From Arthrobacter sp. (GTDB lineage: Bacteria; Actinomycetota; Actinomycetes; Actinomycetales; Micrococcaceae): a stretch of DNA of 64,000 nucleotides. Under the pieces are notes generated by a model, which worked only from the letters and a program-made list of their open reading frames with translations, was not told the origin of the DNA and did no database searches. Made by a program: the position numbers and the translations under genes. Of this stretch, positions 49,624 through 59,991 are shown piece after piece. Location: the NCBI GenBank assembly GCA_046717065.1, contig JBKJVX010000255.1, positions 9,833-73,832 of the forward strand. The letters are read 5' to 3'. Positions within the stretch are counted from its first letter, which is position 1. Each line of letters starts with the position of its first letter.

Positions 49624-50154
49624 ATGGCCGGCGCTCTGCGCAAGACAATGATCTATCTTGGGCTCGCCGACGGCGATGAACACTACGAGTCCGAGCAACA
49701 GACCACACGTAAGGATGAGGACGAAACGATGGAAGCTGACCGCGAGGAGCGCCGTGCACCTGCACCCGTCCGCGAGGTCAGCCGCGAAGCGTCCTACACC
49801 CCCGAAGAGGAATACCGCGCCCCAGTGACCCCCATCAAGCGTGCGGCATCGAGCCGCGAGGAGACCAGCGGTCTCCGCCAGATCACGACCATCCATCCGC
49901 GCTCCTATAACGATGCCAAGCTGATCGGCGAAAGCTTCCGTGACGGAATTCCGGTTATCATGAACGTGACGGACATGGGCGAGGCCGACGCCAAGCGCCT
50001 GGTGGATTTCTCCGCCGGCCTGGTCTTCGGGCTCCGGGGGAGCATCGAACGGGTGACCAACAAGGTGTTTCTGCTCTCGCCGTCGTACGTCGAGGTCATC
50101 GGTGATGACAAAAAAGCCAGTGAGACCCAAGCCAGCTTCTTCAACCAAAGCTGA
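49624..50154 (+). CDS. sepF: FtsZ membrane anchor SepF
   Basis: [14 protein letters not shown] amphipathic helix, [22 protein letters not shown]. Confidence 0.95.
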   Translation: MAGALRKTMIYLGLADGDEHYESEQQTTRKDEDETMEADREERRAPAPVREVSREASYTPEEEYRAPVTPIKRAASSREETSGLRQITTIHPRSYNDAKLIGESFRDGIPVIMNVTDMGEADAKRLVDFSAGLVFGLRGSIERVTNKVFLLSPSYVEVIGDDKKASETQASFFNQS

Positions 50155-50169
50155 ACAAATAACCTGACG

Positions 50170-50201
50170 GATGCCAGGCAGGGACACACCTGCCTGGCAT
50201 C
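50170..50201 (+). terminator. Strong hairpin between sepF and yggT (terminator or mRNA stabiliser)
   Basis: 13-bp perfect stem GATGCCAGGCAGG-GACACA-CCTGCCTGGCATC, no U tract. Confidence 0.65.
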
Positions 50202-50273
50202 TGTGCTGAAATAGACGAGAAGCATCGGCTGGAACCGCGGTACCACTATGGACATGGAGATATGAATTAAGTC

Positions 50274-50561
50274 ATGGGAATTGTTTTCGGGCTTGTCTAT
50301 CTCGCGCTTTTGCTGTTCTTTGTGGCACTGATCATCCGTCTGGTTTTCGACTGGGTCCAGATGTTCGCCCGTGAGTGGCGTCCCCGGGGAGCGGCGCTGG
50401 TGGCGGCGCACGCCGTCTATTCCATCACCGACCCGCCGCTCAACGGACTGCGCCGGCTGATCCCGCCACTGCGCCTGGGCGGTATCTCGCTGGACCTGGG
50501 ATTCCTGGTCCTGTTCATCGCCGTCAGTATTGCCATGGGGATCACCAGAGGCCTCGCCTGA
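50274..50561 (+). CDS. yggT: YggT family membrane protein
   Basis: LIIRLVFDWVQ, YSITDPPL..LRRLIPP, LDLGFLVL. Confidence 0.92.
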   Translation: MGIVFGLVYLALLLFFVALIIRLVFDWVQMFAREWRPRGAALVAAHAVYSITDPPLNGLRRLIPPLRLGGISLDLGFLVLFIAVSIAMGITRGLA

Positions 50562-50738
50562 TTTACCCGCCAGACCCAGCAACGCACGGATGGAACCCGC
50601 CGGGAACCACCCTTGCAATGTGAAGAAATCTCGAGTTTGACACCGCAGTGTTGAATTAGAGGAACCAGACCAACTTTAGGTACCGTAGTTTTGACGGCCG
50701 GAAGGCCTACTGACTAACTAGACCAGTGAGGTGACCAG

Positions 50739-51428
50739 ATGGCTTTGACGCCAGAAGACGTTGTCAACAAGCGCTTTCAGCCGACCAAGTTCCGCGAAGG
50801 CTACGACCAGGATGAAGTTGATGACTTCCTGGACGAAATCGTTGTTGAACTCCGCCGCCTGAACCAGGAAAACGACGAACTTCGCAAGAAGCTCGCCGAA
50901 GCCGGGTCCAGCGTTCCCGCCAGCTCCGCCGCCGCACCAGTAGTGGAGAAGGTCCCCGCGCCCGTCAAGTCCGACAAGGACGAAGCACGCGAGAAGGCAG
51001 AAGCCGAAGCCAGGGCCGCCGAAGAGCGCAAGAAGAAGGACGTCCAGCCCGCCGCTCAGGCAGCTGCCGCTCCCGTTGCCGCCGCTCCGGCCGCCTCCAC
51101 GGCCTCAGCCGAATCCGCCGCCGGCCTGCTTGCCATGGCCCAGCAGATGCACGACCGCCACGTCGCAGACGGACAGGCGCAGAAGGACAAGATCATCGCA
51201 GAGGCGCAGATCGAAGCCAGCAGCCTCGTCAACGACGCCCAGGAGAAGTCCCGCAAGATCCTCGGCGCCCTTGAGCAGCAGCGTTCCGTGCTGGAGCGCA
51301 AGGTGGAGCAGCTCCGCGGTTTCGAACGCGACTACCGTTCACGCCTGAAGGCCTACATCGAGGGCCAGCTCCGCGACCTCGATGCCCGCGGCTCAGTGGC
51401 AACGCCGGAAGTCAGCGAAGCCAACTAA
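50739..51428 (+). CDS. divIVA: Polar growth scaffold DivIVA/Wag31
   Basis: MALTPEDVVNKRF..GYDQDEVDDFLD, coiled coils, LRGFERDYRSRLKAY. Confidence 0.95.
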   Translation: MALTPEDVVNKRFQPTKFREGYDQDEVDDFLDEIVVELRRLNQENDELRKKLAEAGSSVPASSAAAPVVEKVPAPVKSDKDEAREKAEAEARAAEERKKKDVQPAAQAAAAPVAAAPAASTASAESAAGLLAMAQQMHDRHVADGQAQKDKIIAEAQIEASSLVNDAQEKSRKILGALEQQRSVLERKVEQLRGFERDYRSRLKAYIEGQLRDLDARGSVATPEVSEAN

Positions 51429-51448
51429 TCCGGCAAGCACGTATTCTG

Positions 51449-51487
51449 AAAGCCGGTGGCTGAGGATTCCTCGGCCACCGGCTTTTT
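51449..51487 (+). terminator. Intrinsic terminator ending the dcw cluster
   Basis: AAAGCCGGTGGCTGAGG-ATT-CCTCGGCCACCGGCTTTTT. Confidence 0.85.
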
Positions 51488-51520
51488 GGCATTGACACAG
51501 GTCTTACAAATGAAAGCACC

Positions 51521-52093
51521 ATGACTGACGAACTCGCCGCCGACCCGGCACGCCCCGTACCGCCTTCGCCCCGCCCCCGGAGGGCCGTGCTGCTGTCCCT
51601 CTTTGCAGGTTTCGCAGTTTTTGCCTATGTCTTGGACCAGCTGACGAAAATCTGGGTCACGTCCACGATGGTGGAAGGGGAACGGATTGCGGTACTCCCG
51701 CCGCTGTTGCACTGGTACTTCATCAGGAACTCCGGGGCGGCATTCTCCATCGGGGAAAACGTCACGTGGGTGTTCTCCATCATCATGGCCGCCGTTGCCG
51801 TGGCCATCCTTTTCCAGGTACGCAAGCTGGGCTCCAAATGGTGGTCCCTTGCCCTCGGCCTGCTGTTGGGCGGCGCGCTGGGCAATCTCACCGACAGGCT
51901 CTTTCGGGAGCCGTCGTTCGGCATGGGGCACGTCGTGGACTTCATCCAACTGCCCAACTTCGCGATCTTTAACATCGCCGACTCAGCGGTAGTATCCGCC
52001 GTCGCGATCATCTGCATCCTGACGCTGCGCGGAATCGCCCTGGACGGAACCCGGCTCACTCATGAGCGCAAGGAGAAGTCCGGCGATGCCTGA
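51521..52093 (+). CDS. lspA: Lipoprotein signal peptidase II
   Basis: [35 protein letters not shown]. Confidence 0.96.
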   Translation: MTDELAADPARPVPPSPRPRRAVLLSLFAGFAVFAYVLDQLTKIWVTSTMVEGERIAVLPPLLHWYFIRNSGAAFSIGENVTWVFSIIMAAVAVAILFQVRKLGSKWWSLALGLLLGGALGNLTDRLFREPSFGMGHVVDFIQLPNFAIFNIADSAVVSAVAIICILTLRGIALDGTRLTHERKEKSGDA

Positions 52094-53012
52094 GCGCGTC
52101 GTCGTCGCCGAAGAATTCGCGGGGTCCCGCGCAGACGCGGGCCTCGCCGGGCTGCTGGGAATTTCCCGTTCCCTTGCGGCCACCCTGATCGCTGAAGGCA
52201 ATGTCCTCAGCAGGGGCAAAGCACTGGGCAAGTCAGCCAAGCTCGTGGCCGGAGACGTCCTGCAGGTGAGCCTGCCGGAACGGCGTGACCCCCTGGAAGT
52301 CGTGGAGGAAGTTGTGGAAGGCCTGAAGATCCTGCTCGACGACGACGATTTCGTCGTCGTCGACAAGCCCGTCGGTGTTGCCGCCCATCCTTCCCCGGGC
52401 TGGGTGGGCCCAACAGTGGTGGGTGGCCTTGCCGGGGCGGGGTACCGCATTTCCACCTCCGGCTCGCCCGAGCGCGCCGGCATCGTCCACCGGCTCGACG
52501 TCGGGACGTCCGGGGCGATGGTGGTGGCCAAGTCCGAACGCGCCTACACCGCCCTGAAGCGGGCTTTCAAGGAACGCACCGTGGACAAGGTCTACCACGC
52601 AGTGGTCCAGGGCCTGCCCGATCCGCTGGTGGGCACCATTGACGCGCCGATCGGCCGGCACCCGGGACATGACTGGCGGTTTGCGGTCATTGAGGACGGG
52701 CGGCCGTCCGTAACCCATTACGAAGTGGTGGAAGCATTCGGCAAAGCGAGCCTCGTGGAGGTGCACCTGGAGACCGGACGCACCCACCAGATCCGGGTGC
52801 ATTTCTCGGCGCTGCGCCATCCTTGCGCCGGTGACCTGACCTACGGCGCTGATCCCCGCCTGGCCGCCACACTCGGCCTGACGCGGCAGTGGCTGCATGC
52901 CCGTGAGCTCGGCTTTGAACACCCGGTGACGGGCGAACCGGTACGTGTGGTCAGCGACTACCCGCAGGACCTCGCGTTTGCCCTCGAAGTGCTGGAGTCC
53001 GGGCAAGCCTAG
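52086..53012 (+). CDS. rluD: RluA/RluD-family 23S pseudouridine synthase
   Basis: S4-like N-terminus, [32 protein letters not shown]. Confidence 0.85.
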   Translation: MPERVVVAEEFAGSRADAGLAGLLGISRSLAATLIAEGNVLSRGKALGKSAKLVAGDVLQVSLPERRDPLEVVEEVVEGLKILLDDDDFVVVDKPVGVAAHPSPGWVGPTVVGGLAGAGYRISTSGSPERAGIVHRLDVGTSGAMVVAKSERAYTALKRAFKERTVDKVYHAVVQGLPDPLVGTIDAPIGRHPGHDWRFAVIEDGRPSVTHYEVVEAFGKASLVEVHLETGRTHQIRVHFSALRHPCAGDLTYGADPRLAATLGLTRQWLHARELGFEHPVTGEPVRVVSDYPQDLAFALEVLESGQA

Positions 53013-53048
53013 CCAATTGCCAGCCGGCCCAGCGCATAGAATAGTGCG

Positions 53049-56000
53049 GTGACTTCCAGCAACGACTCGTTTGTCCATCTCCACAACCACACCGAGTATT
53101 CAATGCTGGACGGTGCTGCACGGCTCGGTGAGCTGTTCGACGAAACCGAACGGCTGGGCATGCCCGCCATTGCCACCACGGACCACGGCTATCTCTTCGG
53201 CGCCTTCGACTTTTGGAAGAAGGCCACGGACAAGGGGATCAAGCCGATTATCGGCGTCGAGGCCTACGTAACTCCGGGAACGGCGCGCGGTGACAAAAGC
53301 CGGGTGCGCTGGGGTGAGGAGCACCAGCGCAAGGACGATATCTCCGGCGGTGGCTCGTACACGCACATGACGCTGCTCAGCTATAACAACGCGGGCATGC
53401 GGAACCTGTTCCGGGCGTCGTCCATCGCTTCCCTGGATGCTGTATTCGGCAAATGGCCGCGGCTGGACCGGGAACTGCTGAACACCTACTCGGAGGGGCT
53501 TATCGCCACCACGGGCTGCCCGTCCGGGGAGATCCAGACGCGACTGCGGCTGGGCCAATACCGTGAGGCGCTTGAGGCAGCCTCCGAGTTCCGCGACATT
53601 TTCGGTGCCGAGAACTATTTCTGTGAACTGATGGACCATGGGCTGGACATCGAACGGCGGGTCACCGGGGACCTGCTCCGGCTCGCCAGGGAACTGAACC
53701 TTCCCCTCGTCGCCACGAACGACCTTCACTACACGCACGAGCACGACGCCAAGGCCCACGAGGCGCTGCTGGCCATCCAGTCCGGCTCCACCCTCCTGGA
53801 ACCCACGTACGACAACGGCGGCTCACGCTTCGCCTTCTCCGGCAGCGGCTACTACCTGAAGTCACCGCAGGAAATGCGTGAGCTCTTCCGGGACCACCCC
53901 GATGCCTGCGATAACACCCTCCTGATCGCCGAGCGGTGCGAGGTTTCCTTCAACACCGGCGCCAACTACATGCCACGGTTCCCCTGCCCGCCCGGCGAGG
54001 ACGAGACCTCATGGCTGGTCAAGGAAGTAGCGACGGGACTCGAGTACCGTTACCCGGCCGGTGTTCCGGACGAGGTGCGGGCGCAGGCCGATTACGAGCT
54101 GGGCGTCATTACCTCCATGGGGTTCCCCGGCTACTTCCTGGTGGTGGCGGACTTCATCAACTGGGCCAAGAACAACGGCATCCGGGTGGGCCCCGGCCGT
54201 GGTTCCGGCGCCGGCTCCATGGTGGCCTACGCCATGCGCATCACCGACCTGGACCCGCTGCGCCACGGGCTCATCTTCGAGCGGTTCCTGAACCCTGATC
54301 GTGTCTCCATGCCCGACTTCGACGTCGACTTCGATGACCGGCGCCGCCCCGAAGTCATCGACTACGTGACCCGCAAGTACGGTGACGAGCGCGTTGCCAT
54401 GATTGTCACCTACGGCACGATCAAAACAAAGCAGGCGCTGAAGGACTCCTCGCGCGTGCTGGGGTATCCGTTCAGCATGGGGGAGCAGCTGACCAAGGCG
54501 CTGCCCCCGGCCGTGATGGCCAAGGACATCCCACTGGCGGATATCCAGAACCCGGAGGCCAAACGCTACGGCGAAGCCGGCGACTTCCGGCAGCTGATCA
54601 GCACGGACCCGGAGGCCGCCAAGGTGTTCGAGACAGCGCTGGGCATTGAGGGGCTGAAGCGCCAGTGGGGCGTGCACGCGGCCGGCGTGATCATGTCCTC
54701 GGACCCGATCATCGACGTCATCCCCATCATGCGCCGGATCCAGGACGGCCAGGTGATCACGCAGTTCGATTACCCCACCTGTGAGGGCCTTGGCCTGATC
54801 AAGATGGACTTCCTGGGCCTCCGGAACCTGACGATTATTTCCGACGCCCTGGAAAACATCAAGATGAACCGCGGCATCGACCTTGACCTGGAGTCCCTGG
54901 AACTCGACGACGCTCCGTCCTACGAGCTGTTGGCCCGCGGCGACACCCTTGGCGTGTTCCAGCTCGACGGCGGGCCGATGCGTTCCCTGCTCAAGCTGAT
55001 GAAGCCTGACAACTTCGAAGACATCTCGGCCGTGCTCGCCCTGTACCGGCCGGGGCCCATGGGCGCCAACGCACACACCGACTACGCGCTGCGCAAGAAC
55101 GGGATCCAGGAAGTCATCCCGATCCACCCGGAACTGAAGGAACCGCTTGCCGAAATCCTCGGCGGAACGTACGGCCTGATCGTGTACCAGGAGCAGGTGA
55201 TGGCGGTGGCCCAGAAGCTGGCCGGTTACTCGCTTGGCCAGGCAGACATCCTCCGCCGCGCCATGGGTAAAAAGAAGAAATCCGAACTTGACAAGCAGTT
55301 CGCGGGCTTCTCCCAGGGCATGCAGGACAACGGCTACTCCATGGAGGCCGTGAAGACCCTGTGGGACATCCTGCTGCCGTTCTCGGACTACGCGTTCAAC
55401 AAGGCACACTCCGCCGCGTACGGCGTGATCTCCTACTGGACCGCGTACCTGAAGGCCCACTACGCGCCGGAATACATGGCCGCGCTGCTCACATCGGTGG
55501 GTGACGACAAGGACAAGTCAGCCATCTACCTGAACGAATGCCGGCGCATGGGCATCACCGTGCTGCCGCCGGACGTTAATGAGTCCGCGCTGAACTTCAC
55601 TCCTGTGGGCAACGACATCCGCTTCGGCATGGGCGCCATCCGGAACGTGGGTGTCAACGTTGTGGAAGCCATGGTGGCCGCCCGCGAAAGCGAGGGCGCG
55701 TTCACGTCCTTTAAGGACTACCTGATGAAGGTGCCGGCAGTGGTCTGCAACAAGCGCACTATTGAATCGCTCATCAAGTCCGGCGCATTCGACTCACTGG
55801 GCCATCACCGCCGTGCCCTGGCGATGATCCATGAGGAGGCCATCGATTCCGTTATCACACTCAAGCGGAACGAGGCGATTGGCCAGTTCGACCTTTTCGC
55901 CGGCTTTGAGGAGGCCGAGTCCGAGTCGTCGCTGAGCATCGATATCCCTGACCTTCCGGAGTGGGAGAAGAAGGACAAACTCTCCTTCGAACGGGACATG

Positions 56001-56606
56001 CTGGGGCTGTATGTCTCGGACCACCCGCTGCAGGGCCTTGAAGGTGTGCTGAGCCAGCACGCCGAAATGACCATCACGTCCGTCCTCGGCGAGGATGGGC
56101 CGCAGGACGGCGCCATCATCACCATCGCCGGCATGATTACGTCGCTGAGCCGGCGCATCGCGAAGGCCAGCGGCAACGCCTACGCCAGGGCCGAGGTGGA
56201 GGACCTGGGCGGTTCGATGGAAGTGATGTTCTTCGGCCAGGTTTATGGACCCATTGCCTCGGTGCTCGCCGAAGACCTGATCGTGGTGGTCAAGGGGCGC
56301 CTGCAGAAGCGTGACGACGGCGCGATCACCCTCAACTGCATGGAACTGTCCGTTCCGGACCTGAGCGAAGGGCTGAACGGACCCCTGGTGATCACCATGC
56401 TCACCCACAAGGCCACCGAGGCTGTGGTCACGGAGCTGGGCGATGTGCTCCGGACCCACCGCGGGAACTCGGAAGTCCGGCTGCACCTGCAGGGCGACAC
56501 CAGAACCGAAATCATGGGACTGCCGGTACACCTCCGCGTGAACCCGAGCCCGTCGCTCTTTGGCGACCTGAAGGTACTGCTGGGACCCGCCTGCCTGGAC
56601 GCCTAA
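53049..56606 (+). CDS. dnaE: DNA polymerase III alpha subunit (replicative DnaE1)
   Basis: PHP HLHNHTEYS, GRGSGAGS, PDFDVDF, KMDFLGL, FNKAHS, OB fold; no intein visible; TAGAAT-6 nt-GTG. Confidence 0.97.
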   Translation: MTSSNDSFVHLHNHTEYSMLDGAARLGELFDETERLGMPAIATTDHGYLFGAFDFWKKATDKGIKPIIGVEAYVTPGTARGDKSRVRWGEEHQRKDDISGGGSYTHMTLLSYNNAGMRNLFRASSIASLDAVFGKWPRLDRELLNTYSEGLIATTGCPSGEIQTRLRLGQYREALEAASEFRDIFGAENYFCELMDHGLDIERRVTGDLLRLARELNLPLVATNDLHYTHEHDAKAHEALLAIQSGSTLLEPTYDNGGSRFAFSGSGYYLKSPQEMRELFRDHPDACDNTLLIAERCEVSFNTGANYMPRFPCPPGEDETSWLVKEVATGLEYRYPAGVPDEVRAQADYELGVITSMGFPGYFLVVADFINWAKNNGIRVGPGRGSGAGSMVAYAMRITDLDPLRHGLIFERFLNPDRVSMPDFDVDFDDRRRPEVIDYVTRKYGDERVAMIVTYGTIKTKQALKDSSRVLGYPFSMGEQLTKALPPAVMAKDIPLADIQNPEAKRYGEAGDFRQLISTDPEAAKVFETALGIEGLKRQWGVHAAGVIMSSDPIIDVIPIMRRIQDGQVITQFDYPTCEGLGLIKMDFLGLRNLTIISDALENIKMNRGIDLDLESLELDDAPSYELLARGDTLGVFQLDGGPMRSLLKLMKPDNFEDISAVLALYRPGPMGANAHTDYALRKNGIQEVIPIHPELKEPLAEILGGTYGLIVYQEQVMAVAQKLAGYSLGQADILRRAMGKKKKSELDKQFAGFSQGMQDNGYSMEAVKTLWDILLPFSDYAFNKAHSAAYGVISYWTAYLKAHYAPEYMAALLTSVGDDKDKSAIYLNECRRMGITVLPPDVNESALNFTPVGNDIRFGMGAIRNVGVNVVEAMVAARESEGAFTSFKDYLMKVPAVVCNKRTIESLIKSGAFDSLGHHRRALAMIHEEAIDSVITLKRNEAIGQFDLFAGFEEAESESSLSIDIPDLPEWEKKDKLSFERDMLGLYVSDHPLQGLEGVLSQHAEMTITSVLGEDGPQDGAIITIAGMITSLSRRIAKASGNAYARAEVEDLGGSMEVMFFGQVYGPIASVLAEDLIVVVKGRLQKRDDGAITLNCMELSVPDLSEGLNGPLVITMLTHKATEAVVTELGDVLRTHRGNSEVRLHLQGDTRTEIMGLPVHLRVNPSPSLFGDLKVLLGPACLDA

Positions 56607-56626
56607 GGGCTCCGGGGAGGGGCGAC

Positions 56627-56673
56627 AAACAGCAGCCGACGCCGGGAGCGAATCCCACCGTCGGCTGCTGTTT
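56627..56673. terminator. Bidirectional terminator after dnaE
   Basis: 15-bp stem AAACAGCAGCCGACG...CGTCGGCTGCTGTTT. Confidence 0.8.
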
Positions 56674-56688
56674 GGTGGGTGAGGCCTG

Positions 56689-57189
56689 TCAGATTTCGTA
56701 GTCGAGCGGCACGGGCTGGCTGTAGCCGCCTCCGTGGTAGAGCAGCGGCGAGCCGTCTCCGCCCACCTGGCCGTCAACCACTTGGACCACCACAACCGCG
56801 TTGTTCTCGAACGAGAGGCGCATCTGCACCTCGCCGATCAACCAGCCGGCCACGTCCTTGAGCACCGGAACCCCGTGCGGCCCGACGTCCCAGTGGTCGC
56901 CTTCAAAGCGGTTGCCGGCCCCGGCAAACCGGTCCGCGAGTTGCTGGTTTTCCAGGCCGAGCATGTGGACCCCGAGGTAGGTAGTGTTGGCCACGGCCGG
57001 CCATGACCTGGAACTGCGCGCCATGTTGAAGGTGAAACGCGGGGGCTGCGCTGACAGCGACGCTACGGACGTGGCGGTGAATCCAAACGGCTTGTCCTGG
57101 TAGTTGACCGTGATGATGGCAACGCCCGCGGCATGGCGCCGGAACATCTCCCTGAACGTCCGCTCGAACGGTACGTCATTTACGGTCAC
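56689..57189 (-). CDS. Flavin reductase-like (DIM6/NTAB family) protein
   Basis: FREMFRRHAAGVAIIT, GFTATSVASLS, QLADRFAG, PLLYHGGGY. Confidence 0.88.
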   Translation of the reverse strand: MTVNDVPFERTFREMFRRHAAGVAIITVNYQDKPFGFTATSVASLSAQPPRFTFNMARSSRSWPAVANTTYLGVHMLGLENQQLADRFAGAGNRFEGDHWDVGPHGVPVLKDVAGWLIGEVQMRLSFENNAVVVVQVVDGQVGGDGSPLLYHGGGYSQPVPLDYEI

Positions 57190-57314
57190 GGGTACTCCTG
57201 TGGTGGATGGCTGTGTTCTCCTTCAAGGGTATGGTCCCGTTGGCCAGGCAGGGAATCTCTTGAAGCCCCACGTCCGGCCGTTAAGCCGCTGGCACATTTG
57301 TTAAGGTGTGTTGC

Positions 57315-57851
57315 ATGACGAAAACAATCCGCCGGGTAAGTCCGCGGTTGCCCTGGGCCCTGCTCGCGGTCCCGGCAGCGGCGGGCGTGCCCGCTGGAAT
57401 CCTCTGGTGGATCCTGGCGCCCGGCGGCCTCAACCTGATCACCAGGGATCCCGCGCTCGGCGCCGGCACCAACCCAGTGGTGTGGCTGCCAAGGGACCTC
57501 ACGCTGGCCGGGCTGCTGGTCTTCGCGGGGTGCATCCTGGCGGTGTTCCTGGCCGACAAAAAGCGCAGGGATCCGCAGGCAGACCTGTTGATGGGGCTGG
57601 CCGGCGCCTTATGCGGCGCAGTCCTGGCCTGGCAGGCCGGGTTGGTGTCCGCGCAGCTGTGGGGGCCTGACGTGGACGCCTCGGCCAACGCCAGCATCGC
57701 CTTTTCGTTGCGCGGCCTGCCCGTGCTGCTGCTGTGGCCCGCTGCCACTGCCGTGTCCGTCTTCGTTCTGGAGTTGATGCGCCTCCTTGGCAGGAAGGAC
57801 GACGGCGGCGCGGACAGTTCGCGGCCCGTTGCAGTTGGGCCAGTAAAATAG
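57315..57851 (+). CDS. Hypothetical four-TM membrane protein (possibly DUF2567-like)
   Basis: Four hydrophobic segments; GILWWILAP; TAAGGT-7 nt-ATG; family assignment tentative. Confidence 0.65.
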   Translation: MTKTIRRVSPRLPWALLAVPAAAGVPAGILWWILAPGGLNLITRDPALGAGTNPVVWLPRDLTLAGLLVFAGCILAVFLADKKRRDPQADLLMGLAGALCGAVLAWQAGLVSAQLWGPDVDASANASIAFSLRGLPVLLLWPAATAVSVFVLELMRLLGRKDDGGADSSRPVAVGPVK

Positions 57852-57855
57852 TGCG

Positions 57856-59253
57856 GTGACCATTTCTTCGGAGTTTCCCGCCACCCCCGCCACTTCCGCC
57901 GTGAGCTTTCGGACCGTTGACCTTCGGGGCCGGAACCTGACCCTCGCTGGGCTTCGCGCTGCGGTGCCGCGCGCCCAGGGCCAGACGGTGGCCGACGCGG
58001 AGGAAAAGGTCCTCAACATCATCGCGGCCGTCCGGCAGCGGGGTTTCGATGCCTTGGGCGAACTGGCCCTGCGCTTCGACGGGGTGGCGCAAAACCACCC
58101 GCGCGTCCCGCAGGATAGCCTCTCGGCGGCGCTTCAGCAGTTGGATCCGGCCGTCCGCCGGGCGCTGGAGGAATCTATCAGCAGGGCACGCCGGTTCGCC
58201 GACGGCCAGCGTCCGCGCAACGTGGAGGTCCAACTCGGGGACGGCGCGGTGGTTTGCCAGAACTGGGTGCCGGTGGCGCGGGTGGGACTCTACGTCCCCG
58301 GCGGCCTGGCTGTCTACCCGTCTTCCGTGATTATGAACGTGGTTCCGGCCCTCGCAGCCGGGGTGGAGTCCATTGCCCTGGCATCCCCTCCGCAGAAGGA
58401 GTTTGGCGGGCTGCCGCATCCCACCATCCTTGCGGCCGCTGCGCTGCTCGGCATCACGGAGGTGTACGCCATCGGCGGCGCCCAAGCCATTGCCGCATTT
58501 GCCTATGGGGTGCCTGCGACGGAGGCCGGTCCGGCCCTGGAACCGGTGGATGTGGTGACCGGGCCGGGCAACATTTTCGTCGCCACGGCCAAGCGCCTGG
58601 TCAAGGGTGCGGTGGGGATCGATTCCGAGGCGGGCACCACCGAAATTGCCATCCTGGCGGACTCCACGGCCCAACCTGCCCTGGTTGCCGCCGACCTGAT
58701 CAGCCAGGCCGAGCACGATCCCAAGGCCGCCTCGGTGTTGATCACGGATTCCGAAGACCTCGCGGCTGCCGTACGCAAGGAACTGGACCGGCAGGCCGTG
58801 GCCACCAAGCACTCCGGCCGGGTCCGCGAAGCACTGTCCGGCCCGCAGTCCGGAGTGGTCCTGGTAGACGACCTGGAACAGGGCATCGCTGCCTGCGACG
58901 CGTACGCCGCAGAACACCTGGAAATCATGACCCGGGACGCAGCCGGCGTGGCCGCCAGGATCCGCAATGCCGGCGCCATCTTTGTTGGGGACTACAGCCC
59001 CGTCAGCCTGGGGGACTACTGTGCCGGCTCCAACCACGTACTGCCCACCAGCGGCACGGCTGCCTTCTCGTCCGGCTTGAATGTCACCACCTTCCTGCGT
59101 GCCATCCAGGTAGTGAACTACAGCCGTGACGCCCTGGCGGAAGTAAGCGGCCACATCGTCAGCCTCGCCGGCGCAGAAGACCTGCCAGCCCACGGCGAGG
59201 CGGTAACGGCCCGGTTCCCTGGGGGTCAGGACCTGCCGGGCTCCAATATCTAG
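57856..59253 (+). CDS. hisD: Histidinol dehydrogenase
   Basis: [47 protein letters not shown]; TAAAAT-6 nt-GTG. Confidence 0.96.
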   Translation: MTISSEFPATPATSAVSFRTVDLRGRNLTLAGLRAAVPRAQGQTVADAEEKVLNIIAAVRQRGFDALGELALRFDGVAQNHPRVPQDSLSAALQQLDPAVRRALEESISRARRFADGQRPRNVEVQLGDGAVVCQNWVPVARVGLYVPGGLAVYPSSVIMNVVPALAAGVESIALASPPQKEFGGLPHPTILAAAALLGITEVYAIGGAQAIAAFAYGVPATEAGPALEPVDVVTGPGNIFVATAKRLVKGAVGIDSEAGTTEIAILADSTAQPALVAADLISQAEHDPKAASVLITDSEDLAAAVRKELDRQAVATKHSGRVREALSGPQSGVVLVDDLEQGIAACDAYAAEHLEIMTRDAAGVAARIRNAGAIFVGDYSPVSLGDYCAGSNHVLPTSGTAAFSSGLNVTTFLRAIQVVNYSRDALAEVSGHIVSLAGAEDLPAHGEAVTARFPGGQDLPGSNI

Positions 59254-59278
59254 TAGGAACCACCACAACATGTAGTAG
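59241..59278. promoter_or_regulatory. Tandem NrdR boxes upstream of nrdR
   Basis: CTCCAATATCTAGTAG (59241-56) and CCACAACATGTAGTAG (59263-78) match acaCwAtATaTwGtgt; starts 22 bp apart. Confidence 0.75.
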
Positions 59279-59407
59279 TTACAGGCTTGTGATTAGACTG
59301 TGCCGGGACGTAAACTAAGAGGCGATGCTGGCTGCCTGTAAGTTGCCACAGCGGTCAGCAGGAAGCCAACCAGCAAGCGAAGAAAATCAAGCGAAAGAAG
59401 GGACGCC

Positions 59408-59914
59408 ATGTATTGTCCGTTCTGCCGCAACCCCGATTCCCGGGTGGTGGACAGCCGCATGGCGGACGACGGCTCGGCCATCCGCCGGCGCCGCCAGTGC
59501 CCTGAATGCGGGCGCAGGTTCACCACGGTGGAGACCACCAGTTTGTCCGTCATCAAGCGTTCCGGCGTGGGGGAGCCCTTCAGCCGCAGCAAGGTCATCA
59601 ACGGTGTCCGCAAGGCCTGCCAGGGACGCCCGGTCAGCGAGGACGACCTTGCGCTGCTCGCCCAGGAAGTCGAGGAGCAGATCCGCTCATCCGGCGCCGC
59701 CGAAATTGACGCCCACGAGGTGGGACTCGTTATCCTCGGTCCGCTGCAGAAGCTCGACAAGGTGGCTTACCTCCGCTTCGCGAGCGTCTACCAGGCCTTC
59801 GAATCCCTGGAGGATTTCGAATCGGCCATCGCCCTGCTCCGCCAAGAGGCCGAGGAGGACGCAAAAAGTACTCCTGCCCAGGGCGCCAGAAGCTCCGAAA
59901 AGAGCGCACTGTAA
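59408..59914 (+). CDS. nrdR: Ribonucleotide reductase repressor NrdR
   Basis: CPFC...DSR...[21 protein letters not shown] cone, [12 protein letters not shown]. Confidence 0.97.
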   Translation: MYCPFCRNPDSRVVDSRMADDGSAIRRRRQCPECGRRFTTVETTSLSVIKRSGVGEPFSRSKVINGVRKACQGRPVSEDDLALLAQEVEEQIRSSGAAEIDAHEVGLVILGPLQKLDKVAYLRFASVYQAFESLEDFESAIALLRQEAEEDAKSTPAQGARSSEKSAL

Positions 59915-59917
59915 GCT

Positions 59918-59957
59918 CCGGTGGTGGCAGTGGAGGGGAAGCCGCGGCCACCACCGG
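59918..59957. terminator. Hairpin between convergent nrdR and SDR
   Basis: 11-bp stem CCGGTGGTGGC/GCCACCACCGG with 18-nt loop. Confidence 0.55.
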
Positions 59958-59991
59958 CACCACATCTGCCGCCTGCAGAGGGCCAGGCCGG

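Noticed and set aside
53049-56606. Intein or split in dnaE
   Set aside because: Length (1185 aa) and motifs are continuous; no intein signatures seen.
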